Of a stretch of 64,000 nucleotides of DNA, positions 47,105-56,680 are shown piece after piece. Within the stretch, counting starts at the first letter, position 1. Each line of letters starts with the position of its first letter. Source of the DNA: Candidatus Omnitrophota bacterium. GTDB taxonomy: Bacteria > Omnitrophota > Gorgyraeia > S143-82. A program made the translations under genes and the position numbers. A model generated the notes under the pieces. It did not search any database. It was not told where the DNA came from and worked only from the letters and a program-made list of their open reading frames with translations. Location of the stretch: NCBI GenBank assembly GCA_015494465.1, contig WGBD01000002.1, positions 197,267 to 261,266 on the forward strand, read 5' to 3'.

Positions 47105-48807
47105 CCCGCCACCTCGTTTATCAGGATGTCCAAGAGCTCGTCAACCGCGTTGATGTACTTCGCCGCTGCCTCGTAGGCCCGCTGGAACCGCATGAGGTTC
47201 ATCGCCTCTTCGTCAAGTGAAACCCCGGAGATCTCTTCTATGCTGTTCTTGATGTGCGTAATAAGGGTCTCCTGGGCCTCCTTCATGTTGTCTGCCTCTC
47301 TCTTATCCACTCCCATCATGCCCAGGGTAGAGGCATAATAGTCGTATATCGTAGCAGATCCTCCCTCCATTAGATCTGCATCCTTAAGCCTTGCGATAGC
47401 TATGGCATTGTTGCCGTCACCGATTTCCCCAGAGGCCGAGGCGGAGATGTACTTCACATTGCTGGCGATCGGATCGCTAACCGCAATAGTACCTGCAGAG
47501 TTGCCTTTGAAGAAGACATTCAATCCTAAGGCAGTCAAGGCCCCACTGCCATCCTGATTGAGGAAGAACCTATATCCGTCTTCTGCCTCAACATGGAGGT
47601 GGCCATCGCTATCTAGGTAGGCCCTGAGATGGGATATACCACTGGAGAAATCCGAACCTATAGCAGTGATTATGTCGTTTGCACTGGTCCCACCCGCACC
47701 ACTGGTAATGCTAATGGTATTGGCGGAGAGGGTATTCCCCGCGGTGTCCTTGACCGTGATCACGAACGAGCCATCCGAGACCACATCGTAAAAGTCCAAC
47801 CCGCTATCGCTGCTGCTGATACTCGCGTCTGCATCCTGCAGGGCATAGCTAGATGTCAAGGAGCTGAAGCCCTCCAATCCCCATCCTTGGGTGTGCTGTC
47901 GGTTGACCTCCACTATGAGGGTCCTGGCTATCTGATTAACCCTATCTAGGTAGGCAGGTATTTTTACATCTCTGGCTATCATAGCGCCCTTTAACTTGCC
48001 AGCGCGGGCCTGGACCGGAGCATTGTTCATCTCCCATATGGGAACTACGTGTCCCTCTTCGTTATAACGGTAGGTAATCGTCGTCGCAGAGACCCTATCT
48101 ACCAGATTCACCCCACCAACGCTTACCAAGACCGTTCCGTCGGGCTGTTCCTCGGTGGTGAAGTCTATCAGTTCTGATAGCCGTCTCAACATCTCGTCCC
48201 TCTGATCGCGAAGATCGTTAGCGACGAAATCTCCTACCTCGTAGAACCTGATCCTGTCGTTAAGGGAGGCGATGTTGCTGGCTAGGCTGTTTATTTCCTG
48301 GATGTAGGCCTTTATGGCCTCGTCCGCGTCGTACCTGAGCCCTTGTATCTTTTCGTACAACATGTTTAGGTGTGCGGTTAACATCTCCGACTGGTGCAGC
48401 ACATTGCTCCGCGAGGTCTGTTCTTCGGGCGTAAGAGAGAGGTCTTCCCATCTACCCCAAAACTCTGACAACAACTTGTTCAGACCCTCGTCTGAAGGCT
48501 CGTTAAAGTAGAGTTCCAAGCGCGACAAAAACTTCTCTATCTCCTCCCACTGCCCCAATAGCTTGGTCTCGTTGCGCAATTGTATGTCCAAAAAACCCTC
48601 TCTTATCCTGGCTATACGGGCAATTTCTACGCCGGTCCCCTTGACTCCCCAGGGAGTCAGATCGGGCAATGCCTCTACTAACTCCACCCTCTGACGGGAA
48701 TAACCAGGGGTATTGGCATTGGCTATGTTATGGCCAGTGGTCTCAAGGGCCAGTTGGGCAGCCCGCAATGCCCTTATACCTGCGGTAAATCCGGAAAATC
48801 CTCCCAT
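47101..48807 (-). CDS. flgK: Hook-associated protein FlgK
   Basis: GHNIANANTPGYSRQR, NDLRDQRD, SGVSLDEEA.NL..FQRAY.A. Confidence 0.95.
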   Translation of the reverse strand: MGGFSGFTAGIRALRAAQLALETTGHNIANANTPGYSRQRVELVEALPDLTPWGVKGTGVEIARIARIREGFLDIQLRNETKLLGQWEEIEKFLSRLELYFNEPSDEGLNKLLSEFWGRWEDLSLTPEEQTSRSNVLHQSEMLTAHLNMLYEKIQGLRYDADEAIKAYIQEINSLASNIASLNDRIRFYEVGDFVANDLRDQRDEMLRRLSELIDFTTEEQPDGTVLVSVGGVNLVDRVSATTITYRYNEEGHVVPIWEMNNAPVQARAGKLKGAMIARDVKIPAYLDRVNQIARTLIVEVNRQHTQGWGLEGFSSLTSSYALQDADASISSSDSGLDFYDVVSDGSFVITVKDTAGNTLSANTISITSGAGGTSANDIITAIGSDFSSGISHLRAYLDSDGHLHVEAEDGYRFFLNQDGSGALTALGLNVFFKGNSAGTIAVSDPIASNVKYISASASGEIGDGNNAIAIARLKDADLMEGGSATIYDYYASTLGMMGVDKREADNMKEAQETLITHIKNSIEEISGVSLDEEAMNLMRFQRAYEAAAKYINAVDELLDILINEVAG

Positions 48808-48808
48808 A

Positions 48809-49285
48809 TCACGCCCTCAGGTTATACACCCTCCCAAAGGTCCTCTCCTTCTTCCCCGTACAGCTGTAGCCTACGAAATCGAGCGAGGCAAACATCCCTA
48901 TCAGCTCTTCAACATAACACAACACGGTCCTCACGGTGTAACGCATCAGCCTGCTTTGGAGACGGATGTCTTCCAATACCTCCTTTAAGCGATCCTGCAG
49001 GTGTCTAAGGCCATTCCTTTCCTCGGGAGGGGCCATCCGTATCAGGTCTGACAACCTATCCGATCCTGCCAGACCAACACCTTTTCCCAATCGCCTACAG
49101 ATCTGCACTCTCTCTGCCTCCAGTTCCCGCAACCTCTCCTGTATCTTGGCCTGCATGCCGACAGTTTTCTCCAAACTATCCACATCCCTCTTAACCAAGG
49201 CCTCTTTGACCTTGCCGAGGGTCTCCCCAAACTCCTTGTATAGGCTCAATTGCTGGGTCAGTATTCGCTTTAGTTCCTTCCACAT
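48809..49285 (-). CDS. flgN: Flagellar export chaperone FlgN
   Basis: Helical protein (EAL..RD...L, LE.ER, LSDLI) directly upstream of flgK. Confidence 0.75.
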   Translation of the reverse strand: MWKELKRILTQQLSLYKEFGETLGKVKEALVKRDVDSLEKTVGMQAKIQERLRELEAERVQICRRLGKGVGLAGSDRLSDLIRMAPPEERNGLRHLQDRLKEVLEDIRLQSRLMRYTVRTVLCYVEELIGMFASLDFVGYSCTGKKERTFGRVYNLRA

Positions 49286-49309
49286 CCCGCTCTCGACCTC
49301 CTAACCACC

Positions 49310-49337
49310 TTATCGTCTCTCTTCTACCGCTCCTTTA
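49310..49337 (-). promoter_or_regulatory. Candidate sigma28 promoter of flgN-flgK-flgL
   Basis: TAAA-N16-GACGATAA against consensus TAAA-N15/16-GCCGATAA. Confidence 0.6.
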
Positions 49338-49620
49338 CCAAAAACTTCTCCATAGACCTGTAAACCAGATCCCCCAACCCCAAGACCGAGCGTTGAGACA
49401 AATAGCGTGACAACTCCAAGTTTTTTATGTCGCGGTAGATCTCTTCCCCCTCCCCACCAAACAAGATGTCAGCGGGTCCTAATCCCTTTTCCATCTCCTT
49501 CAATAACATATACACAAACATCGATTCTACCTCCTTAGAGGCAGCCCTCAAGCGTTGAGACTCACTCCCCCGCACCTCTAAAGTAGATAGATTTAAACCC
49601 AGGCCTAATACGCTATTCAC
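49324..49620 (-). CDS. flgJ: FlgJ-like rod-binding protein (no muramidase domain)
   Basis: LR.A..E.ESMFV..LLKEM, FGG..E.IY, LGL.D.VY. Confidence 0.8.
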   Translation of the reverse strand: MNSVLGLGLNLSTLEVRGSESQRLRAASKEVESMFVYMLLKEMEKGLGPADILFGGEGEEIYRDIKNLELSRYLSQRSVLGLGDLVYRSMEKFLVKER

Positions 49621-49629
49621 ATCCCCTCC

Positions 49630-50727
49630 TCAAATAATCACCAACTCTGCAGAAAGCGCCCCTGCGGACTTTATCGCCTGGAAGATGGATATGATGTCTC
49701 TGGGGCTTACCCCCAAGGCATTCAAGGCAGAGGCAAGGGTCCCGACCGTCGGCGTAGAGTTCACCACGACCATCTTCCCCTCTTGCTCCACCACCTTTAC
49801 CCCGTTCTGGGGCATCACCTCGGTAGACCCCGCGGACAAGGGCATCGGCTGGGATACCAACCACTGGGACTTCACCTCTATAGAGAGGCTTCCGTGGGAT
49901 ATCGCAACCGTATCTATCTTCACATCCTTGCCCGCAACGACCGTACCGGTGCGCTCGTTTATCACCACCCGGGCATTCACATCCGGCTCTACCTTCACCT
50001 GCTCCAGCAGGGAGATGAAGTCCACTGCGGAATCCCTAAACTCCTTCGGCATCTGCACCATAACCCTCGAGGCAGAGATGGGATGGGCTATCTTCCCCCA
50101 CTGCTCGTTTATCGCCTCTGCAAGTCTGGAGGCAGTAGTAAAGTCGGGCTGATTCAGTGAGATTATCACCCTATCCGTATGCACGAACTCCACTGGTATC
50201 TCCCTTTCCACGATCGCGCCGTTTGGGATGCGACCTACCGTGGGATGGTTCTTCTGGGTCTTGCTCCTGCCCTGTCCGGCGCTGTAGCCACCCAGAGAAA
50301 GGGGGCCCTGGGCCACCGCGTATACCTTCCCATCCGGTCCCATCAACGGGGTCATCAACAGGACCCCGTTGGAGAGATCCGTCGCATCCCCGATAGAGGA
50401 TACCAGACAGTCTATTTTCGTGCCCGGGGTAACGAAGGCAGGGATCCTTGCAGTAACGACCACCGCTGCGACATTCTTCATCTTGATGTCCTTGGGGGAT
50501 AGGTTTATCCCCATCTCCTTCATCATGTTAGCAATGGCTCGGGAGGAAAATATTGCAGAGGACTTATCCCCGGTCCCGTTGAGGCCTACCACCACACCGT
50601 AGCCTATCAGCTGGTTCTCCCTTACCCCTTCTACGCGGGCTATGTCCTTCAAGCGCACGGAGTAGACACCTGCTTGGGACAGGGAAGTCCCGAGCAACAC
50701 CAACGAGAGTACCAACCACCTCTTCAT
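49630..50727 (-). CDS. flgI: Flagellar P-ring protein FlgI
   Basis: RLKDIA...GVR.NQLIGYG.VVGL.GTGD, VINERTGT, LNALG..PRD. Confidence 0.96.
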   Translation of the reverse strand: MKRWLVLSLVLLGTSLSQAGVYSVRLKDIARVEGVRENQLIGYGVVVGLNGTGDKSSAIFSSRAIANMMKEMGINLSPKDIKMKNVAAVVVTARIPAFVTPGTKIDCLVSSIGDATDLSNGVLLMTPLMGPDGKVYAVAQGPLSLGGYSAGQGRSKTQKNHPTVGRIPNGAIVEREIPVEFVHTDRVIISLNQPDFTTASRLAEAINEQWGKIAHPISASRVMVQMPKEFRDSAVDFISLLEQVKVEPDVNARVVINERTGTVVAGKDVKIDTVAISHGSLSIEVKSQWLVSQPMPLSAGSTEVMPQNGVKVVEQEGKMVVVNSTPTVGTLASALNALGVSPRDIISIFQAIKSAGALSAELVII

Positions 50728-50742
50728 CGTATCGTCACCCCT

Positions 50743-51399
50743 TTAGAACAACCACGCCAGATCGAAGAACCACTCCAGCAACCCCTTGTTATTCTGCTTA
50801 TCACCGAGCGTGCCAAGGCCCTTACAACTGATCTTGGCATTGGCAATGCGGGAGGATTCCACCGTGTTGTCCGAAGTAATGTCTTCGGGTCTAACCTCTC
50901 CGGTCAGGGTTACATACTGCCTCTCCCCGTTTATCTCTATCTCCTTCTGCCCTTCGATAACGAAGACCCCATTCGGCAGGATGTCTATTATCTTTGCGGA
51001 CATCTTGGCCACGAACTTCTGGGAACGGGTGGTCTTGCCCTTGGACTTGTACTCGTGAGAGGCGCTCGTGTCTATCTTGGGCAGATTCGCGTTGGGAAGG
51101 GAATAGGCCTTTACATCCGGGAGGATCCCCAAGCTATTCAATATTACTTTAATCCAACTCTTCACCTCGTCCTTTATGGTGGTCTCCCGCTTGGTCTTGG
51201 TGTCCGCGTCCGTCTCTGCGGTTGAGGTCTCGGTTATAACGATAGTGAGGATGTCCCCTATCTGCCTTGCCCTCCTGTCCATAAACATGGAGCCCTTGCC
51301 CATACGCTCTCTCTCCATCCACAAGGACCCTGCAATCCCTTCTCCTGCGAAAATCAAGGTAAAGACCAAGAAGACCATAGACAACCCTATCCTCTTCAT
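50743..51399 (-). CDS. flgH: Flagellar L-ring protein FlgH
   Basis: D.RA..IGDILTI.I.E, LPNG...I.G.K, G.VRP.DI..DN.V.S..IA.A. Confidence 0.92.
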   Translation of the reverse strand: MKRIGLSMVFLVFTLIFAGEGIAGSLWMERERMGKGSMFMDRRARQIGDILTIVITETSTAETDADTKTKRETTIKDEVKSWIKVILNSLGILPDVKAYSLPNANLPKIDTSASHEYKSKGKTTRSQKFVAKMSAKIIDILPNGVFVIEGQKEIEINGERQYVTLTGEVRPEDITSDNTVESSRIANAKISCKGLGTLGDKQNNKGLLEWFFDLAWLF

Positions 51400-52331
51400 C
51401 TCCTCACCACCACCTCTCCCGGACCGACGACTTCTGCCAGAAATCGCTTACCGGTGGAAACATTTGCCACCACTATATCCTCCGCAGGCAGACCGTTTTC
51501 CTGCGCAATGCCAACTGTGGATACGACCACGCCACCCGAGCGATAACAGACCTTCACCTCCTGGCCCTTCTTTATCACATACCTTCTGGTTACATCCCTG
51601 CGCATCAGTATGTGGCCCCTCTTCAGCGGATACCTCACCGTCCAGCCGACCGGTGATTCCCGTCCCGGAAAGGCTCCTGCATGTCCACCATCACCATCTT
51701 CCGCCGGCTCAAGATCTTCCCTCTTCAACACCTCACCTGCCGGCACATCTCTGGTGAGTCTCCACAATTTCCCCCTCACGATAGGCACCACCTTTACCGG
51801 TATCACCCTGCCCCTGCACATCAACCGGACATAACAATGGCCAGCGCAATCTTCGGGCAAGGATACTTCGATCTGCGAAAGGTCCTCACAGCCTATGTTG
51901 GGCAATGTCTGCTGTTCCAAACGATAGCCCATAGACGAAAGGCGTCCCTTCAACCAAGTCAGGACCTCACCTCCTGACAAGACCGCCTCTCTCCGATAGA
52001 TCTCGACCTTACCCTCCACCTTTACCCCTACTCCTCTCAAGGCGAGCATCCGGGAGACATCCTCTCCAGTCCAGCGGAACACATCTCCCTCCTCCGGTGC
52101 GGGCGAAAGTATCACATCATCTATCCCTGAAAGATCCTCCACCACATCCGAGAGTCTGACGAATCGAGAATTCAACACGACCTTATCCTTCAACCGAAGC
52201 GATTGCCTCTCTTCCGCCCATCCAGGCAGGATGAACAAGAGGACCAGCCAGAAGACCGCCATCGCAAGGAGCGAGATGGCTATGGACCTTATTACCTCTA
52301 CCCAGTACAGCCCTACATTCTTATTACTCAT
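51396..52331 (-). CDS. flgA: P-ring formation chaperone FlgA
   Basis: SAF-like domain, IKKGQ.V, G.A.ENG, V.N.STGK; synteny. Confidence 0.85.
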   Translation of the reverse strand: MSNKNVGLYWVEVIRSIAISLLAMAVFWLVLLFILPGWAEERQSLRLKDKVVLNSRFVRLSDVVEDLSGIDDVILSPAPEEGDVFRWTGEDVSRMLALRGVGVKVEGKVEIYRREAVLSGGEVLTWLKGRLSSMGYRLEQQTLPNIGCEDLSQIEVSLPEDCAGHCYVRLMCRGRVIPVKVVPIVRGKLWRLTRDVPAGEVLKREDLEPAEDGDGGHAGAFPGRESPVGWTVRYPLKRGHILMRRDVTRRYVIKKGQEVKVCYRSGGVVVSTVGIAQENGLPAEDIVVANVSTGKRFLAEVVGPGEVVVRR

Positions 52332-52334
52332 AGA

Positions 52335-53132
52335 TCACCTCTTGAGGGTATTGGCGATCTGGAGCATCTCGTCCGCAGTCTGCACTGCCTTGGAGTTCAT
52401 CTCGTAGGCCCTTTGGGCCACGATCATATTCACCATCTCGTCCACCACCTTCACATTGGACATCTCCAGGAACCCCTGCCTTATCATACCGAAGTCGTCC
52501 TGACCCGGGGTCCCGGTTATCGGATCACCCGAAGCCTCGGTGGGGAGAAACAGGTTCATACCAATCGCCTTAAGGCCTGCAGGATTGACGAATTTCACCA
52601 GCTCTATGTTCCCAACCACCTGCGGGGTGGTCTCCCCCGGGACGACCACCGAGACCGTTCCGTCAATACCTATGGTAATCTCGGTCGCGTCCTCAGGGAT
52701 GGTAATCTCCGGCTCCAGATACATCCCTTCAGAGTTGACTATCTTTCCATCCTGATCTATCTTGAAGGACCCGTCCCGGGTGTAGGCTATCGTCCCGTCG
52801 GGCATAACTACCTGGAAAAAACCCTTGCCTTCGATGAGCATATCCAAGGGATTGCCCGTCTCCACGAAGTCCCCTTGAGAGAACTGTTTGGCTATCGCCA
52901 CCACCCGCACGCCGTGTCCCAACTGTATCCCGGTAGGCACCACCTGAGAACCTGCCACCGGCGTACCGGGGGACTTCATCACCGTATATAGTAGGTCCTC
53001 GAAGTCCGCCCGACTCTTCTTAAAGCCGGTGGTATTCACATTAGACAGGTTGTTGGCAATCACATCTACATTCGTCTGCTGAGCAGCCATCCCGCTGGCA
53101 GCGGTCCATAAGGCACTGATCATCTCCTGCAC
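52335..53132 (-). CDS. flgG: Distal rod protein FlgG
   Basis: [46 protein letters not shown]. Confidence 0.96.
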   Translation of the reverse strand: MQEMISALWTAASGMAAQQTNVDVIANNLSNVNTTGFKKSRADFEDLLYTVMKSPGTPVAGSQVVPTGIQLGHGVRVVAIAKQFSQGDFVETGNPLDMLIEGKGFFQVVMPDGTIAYTRDGSFKIDQDGKIVNSEGMYLEPEITIPEDATEITIGIDGTVSVVVPGETTPQVVGNIELVKFVNPAGLKAIGMNLFLPTEASGDPITGTPGQDDFGMIRQGFLEMSNVKVVDEMVNMIVAQRAYEMNSKAVQTADEMLQIANTLKR

Positions 53133-53142
53133 CTCCGCTTAC

Positions 53143-53877
53143 TTACAGCCTCGGCACCTCCGCCAAGACCCTGCCCAACAACTCGTCGATCAGGCGTATC
53201 CCGTTGGCAGAGGCCTCGTAGGCCCTGTGGGCCACTATCATGTTGACCATCTCCTGGACGGGATTTACCGAACTGTCCTCCAAGTAGCCCTGATATATCC
53301 TGTAATTCTTGGGCTCAAATCCCGACTCCTCGGATACGAACAGATTCGCACCCTCTTTGCGGAGTCTGTACGGCTTGGGGAAGTCCACTATACGCAATCT
53401 ATCCACCATCTCCCCGTCCACCAAGACCTCGCCGAGGTAATTAATCACCACGCTACTCCCCTTTATCTGTATCGGACCGTTCAGTCCCAAGACCCTATTC
53501 CCCTCCGGGGTCGTTAGATAACCCTCCCTATCCAGCACGAAGTTCCCCGCACGGGTATACTTCTCTCCGGAAGGCGTCTGCACCACGAAAAAACCCTTCC
53601 CTGATATGGCCAGATCCAAGGGGTTGTCGGTGCGCCGCAGTTCCGCTTGCTTGATTATGGTATGATTGCCGTCAATGCGGACCCCGTAAGGGATGTTCTT
53701 CACGAATACTTCGCCCCCGGACACTGCTTGGGCCAACACCGAACCGAAACTGGAGAACACGGTCTCATCTCGTTTATAGCCAACGGTATTGGCGTTGGCC
53801 AGATTGTTGGATATGTCGTCAAGCCTCAGCATCTGAGAGACCGCGGACTGGGCCAACAGACCTGCGATCTTAAGCAT
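53143..53877 (-). CDS. flgF: Proximal rod protein FlgF
   Basis: SNNLANANT.GYK, TDNPLDLAI.G.GFF, YTRAGNF, QGYLE.S.V. Confidence 0.9.
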   Translation of the reverse strand: MLKIAGLLAQSAVSQMLRLDDISNNLANANTVGYKRDETVFSSFGSVLAQAVSGGEVFVKNIPYGVRIDGNHTIIKQAELRRTDNPLDLAISGKGFFVVQTPSGEKYTRAGNFVLDREGYLTTPEGNRVLGLNGPIQIKGSSVVINYLGEVLVDGEMVDRLRIVDFPKPYRLRKEGANLFVSEESGFEPKNYRIYQGYLEDSSVNPVQEMVNMIVAHRAYEASANGIRLIDELLGRVLAEVPRL

Positions 53878-53900
53878 ACGCCACCTCCACCCCGGAAAGA

Positions 53901-53916
53901 TGCAAATACCGTGCCA
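53901..53916 (-). promoter_or_regulatory. Sigma54 (-24/-12) promoter of the flgF operon
   Basis: TGGCAC-ggtat-TTGCA, a perfect consensus match. Confidence 0.88.
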
Positions 53917-53933
53917 AAGAAATGAGAGGATAC

Positions 53934-53955
53934 CAATTTAAGGTCAATTTAAGGT
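53934..53955. repeat. 11-bp tandem repeat CAATTTAAGGT x2
   Basis: Read directly; followed by partial AAGGT and AAAGG copies. Confidence 0.8.
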
Positions 53956-53988
53956 AAGGTAAAGGCGAGGAAGTAAGAAATCAAAAAC

Positions 53989-54061
53989 TGGACCGGAGGG
54001 GAGTCGAACCCCCGACCCCCACGTTGCGAACGTGGTGCTCTCCCAACTGAGCTACCGGCCC
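53989..54061 (-). tRNA. tRNA-Ala(CGC)
   Basis: G3:U70 acceptor stem; CCACG-TT CGC AA-CGTGG; no encoded CCA. Confidence 0.95.
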
Positions 54062-54072
54062 ATGTCTAAGGA

Positions 54073-54957
54073 TCAGATGTCCACTCCCAAGAGGGCACGG
54101 GCCAATAGACCCACGCCGAAGGAGATTATTATAACAGTTAAATTAATCGAAAGCATCTCAAAAACAATGGAGCGAAACTCCTTATCCTTGACCACCGAGA
54201 CGAAGAAACTGAACACCCAGACCGCAAGGACGCCGTTCAATATGGACCACACCAGCGCCCCTATGTAATTGGCCAATAAAAGATACGGAAATACCAACAG
54301 GATAACCGTTATTATGTAGGCCACCCCGGTAAAGAACGCCGCCACCAGCGGGCTCTTGCCTTCCGCAGATTCCGACTTCTGGGATAGATATTCCGCTGCG
54401 GCCATAGAGAGTGCAGCAGCGACTCCGGTGATGATCCCCGCCAGACCTATAAGACGGGTGTTCCTCAAGGCAAAGGTCAGACCTGCCAGAGTACCGCTGA
54501 GTTCCACCAAGGCGTCGTTGAGGCCCAACACCATAGACCCGACGTACTCCACCTTCTTCTCCTCTATCATTCCCAAGATCAGGTCCTCGTGGGCCATCTC
54601 GTCCCGGAGGATAGGCTCCGCCTCCTCGAACCTGGCTATCTGGGCCTTGTACTTCTCCTCCGCCTTGCTCTCTCCCCTCTCCATCAACTTAGCGGTAAAG
54701 GACAGCCCCAAAAGCCGGGCCAGGAGGGTATAGAAGAGGATCTTCTTCTTATCCGGAGGGACATCCTGCCCGGAGTACTTCCTCCATATCTCGTAGTGTA
54801 GGAGCTCGTCCTTGGCTATCTTCAGCAGGACATCTCGGTTCTTGCCAGTGGCAAGTCTTGCCAGCTCACTGTAGACATAGTGCTCGGTTATCTCACTTCT
54901 TTGAAATCCCCGAATCATCTCCAGATCCTTTGGAGACAGCCTTATCTGCTCCGCCAT
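54073..54957 (-). CDS. VIT1/CCC1 family transporter with N-terminal ferritin-like domain
   Basis: E...H..Y, DE..H, DEMAHE; VLGLNDALVE, GVAAALSMAA.EYLS. Confidence 0.88.
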   Translation of the reverse strand: MAEQIRLSPKDLEMIRGFQRSEITEHYVYSELARLATGKNRDVLLKIAKDELLHYEIWRKYSGQDVPPDKKKILFYTLLARLLGLSFTAKLMERGESKAEEKYKAQIARFEEAEPILRDEMAHEDLILGMIEEKKVEYVGSMVLGLNDALVELSGTLAGLTFALRNTRLIGLAGIITGVAAALSMAAAEYLSQKSESAEGKSPLVAAFFTGVAYIITVILLVFPYLLLANYIGALVWSILNGVLAVWVFSFFVSVVKDKEFRSIVFEMLSINLTVIIISFGVGLLARALLGVDI

Positions 54958-56680
54958 GATCTCCCTCCTTTTTCTTTAAGACCGATACCAGCCTTTGGCA
55001 ATCTATGTTCAGGCCGTTTTCCCTCCAGGCCTTACAATGCCTTATCCACGCTTCGTTCAACGACCTGTTCTTCAGCAACAGATCCTCGTAAGAGGCCCTA
55101 GCCCTGGACAAGGGGCTCCTGCTCCCCCTCCCCGCCCCCGCGGAGAGAAGGATATCCACTATCTCCGGCTTCACCGCAAACATCAACCCATACTCCAGAA
55201 CAGAGAACCCCCGGTAATCCCTCTCTTGAACATCCGCCCCTGCCTTTATTAGCCAAGCTATCACCTCCTCGTCCCAGCCCCCCCGAATGGCCACCATCAA
55301 TGGGGTCTTACCAAATATGTCCTTGTGATTGACTCCCACCTTCTTTTCCGCCAACACCTCAAGGACCTTCATTAGGTCGGCCTTTCTCCCTCTCGAGGCC
55401 AAGGCAAGGGAATAGAGACCGTAGCCCTCTGCCTCCCGCACATAAAACGGATTGGCCCCCGCGGAGAAGAGGATGCGAAGTATCTCTGCATCGTGTCTGG
55501 AGGCCGCTATAGCGACGGGTTGGGTGTAATTGGGCCCTGCCTTGGGATAAGCCCCTACAGAGATGAGGGCCTTCACTGCCTCAACCGCACCGTTGGCAGT
55601 AGCTATACCGAGCAAGGTGATCCCCACATCTCTGCCCCTGACCTTGAACGGCAGGACCTGGTTGGGATTGATCTTGAAACGCTCCTTCAACACCTTTACA
55701 TCCCTCTCCACATGGCGGTTCTCTCGGGAGAGGATGTATTCCCAGAACCGAATGTCCCGAAACAACCTCATACGCCTATCCGCAGATAAACCAGAAAGGA
55801 TCTCCGCCAACATCTCAGTAGAGCCATACCGAGAAATAAGACGGAATAAGAGCACATCATCACCAACCTTTTCCGGTATCCAGCGGTACTCCAGCCCACC
55901 CTTATCAACTATCCACTTGACCTTGTCCGCTCGACCGCTCATCACGCAGGCGCTCACCGGGCAAAAACCCGCCGAGCAATCCCGAAGGCTGGCCCCACTC
56001 TTGAACATGAGCTCCAGCAGGTCCACCCCTATGGAGGGGGAGGCACAGGCGAATATGAACGGCGAAGGGTTACCATTTACCGCCAGATTGGGGTCCGCCC
56101 CAGAACGGAGCAGCATCTCTACCGCTCGGATCTTTACCGGGGGCTTTGCCATGGCAACCAACAAGGGGACCCTCCCTTTGGGATCGGGGGCGTTCACATC
56201 CACCCCTGAAGAGATCATCTTCTGCAGGAGTTCTTCACTGTAACACCTCTCCAAGACCAGGGCCAAGGCATCCTCGGGAAGCGGAAAGCCCCGCTCCAAG
56301 AGCCCTTTCACGCAAGCGGGTCTACAATGGTAAAGACTCCAACCCAAGGCCTTCTGTCTCCACTTCGCATCGAGGACCCCGAGGGTAATAAAGTCGTCTA
56401 AAATGTCGCACCTCTGCCACGAGAGCATAGCTGAGACCAAGGCGTCCTTAAAAGAGGCGCGTTGTTCTGGGGTAAGCCCCTTGACCAAGCTCACCACCTC
56501 TTCTGCAGGTGTGGATCTCCAGAATGTATCGGACCGAAACCTTTCAATCGTCGAAGGCGCTGGATTAATGGTATCCCTATGGAACCACGGCCTGCGATAA
56601 AGTCCCCACAGCAGGACAAGGAGTATCCCTAGCAGGACCAGACCTAGGATCGGTTTGAAAAACTTGCCTCTCCTACTCAA
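54893..56680 (-). CDS. Membrane-anchored ankyrin-repeat protein
   Basis: N-terminal TM; G.DVN...G..PL, GADPN, GKTPLMVA, GADV...D..G ankyrin units. Confidence 0.85.
   Translation of the reverse strand: MSRRGKFFKPILGLVLLGILLVLLWGLYRRPWFHRDTINPAPSTIERFRSDTFWRSTPAEEVVSLVKGLTPEQRASFKDALVSAMLSWQRCDILDDFITLGVLDAKWRQKALGWSLYHCRPACVKGLLERGFPLPEDALALVLERCYSEELLQKMISSGVDVNAPDPKGRVPLLVAMAKPPVKIRAVEMLLRSGADPNLAVNGNPSPFIFACASPSIGVDLLELMFKSGASLRDCSAGFCPVSACVMSGRADKVKWIVDKGGLEYRWIPEKVGDDVLLFRLISRYGSTEMLAEILSGLSADRRMRLFRDIRFWEYILSRENRHVERDVKVLKERFKINPNQVLPFKVRGRDVGITLLGIATANGAVEAVKALISVGAYPKAGPNYTQPVAIAASRHDAEILRILFSAGANPFYVREAEGYGLYSLALASRGRKADLMKVLEVLAEKKVGVNHKDIFGKTPLMVAIRGGWDEEVIAWLIKAGADVQERDYRGFSVLEYGLMFAVKPEIVDILLSAGAGRGSRSPLSRARASYEDLLLKNRSLNEAWIRHCKAWRENGLNIDCQRLVSVLKKKEGDHGGADKAVSKGSGDDSGISKK

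Noticed and set aside
18753-54061. Prophage or integrative island bounded by tRNA-Ala attL/attR
   Set aside because: Both copies are complete tRNAs with different anticodons, there is no integrase, and the interval holds housekeeping genes
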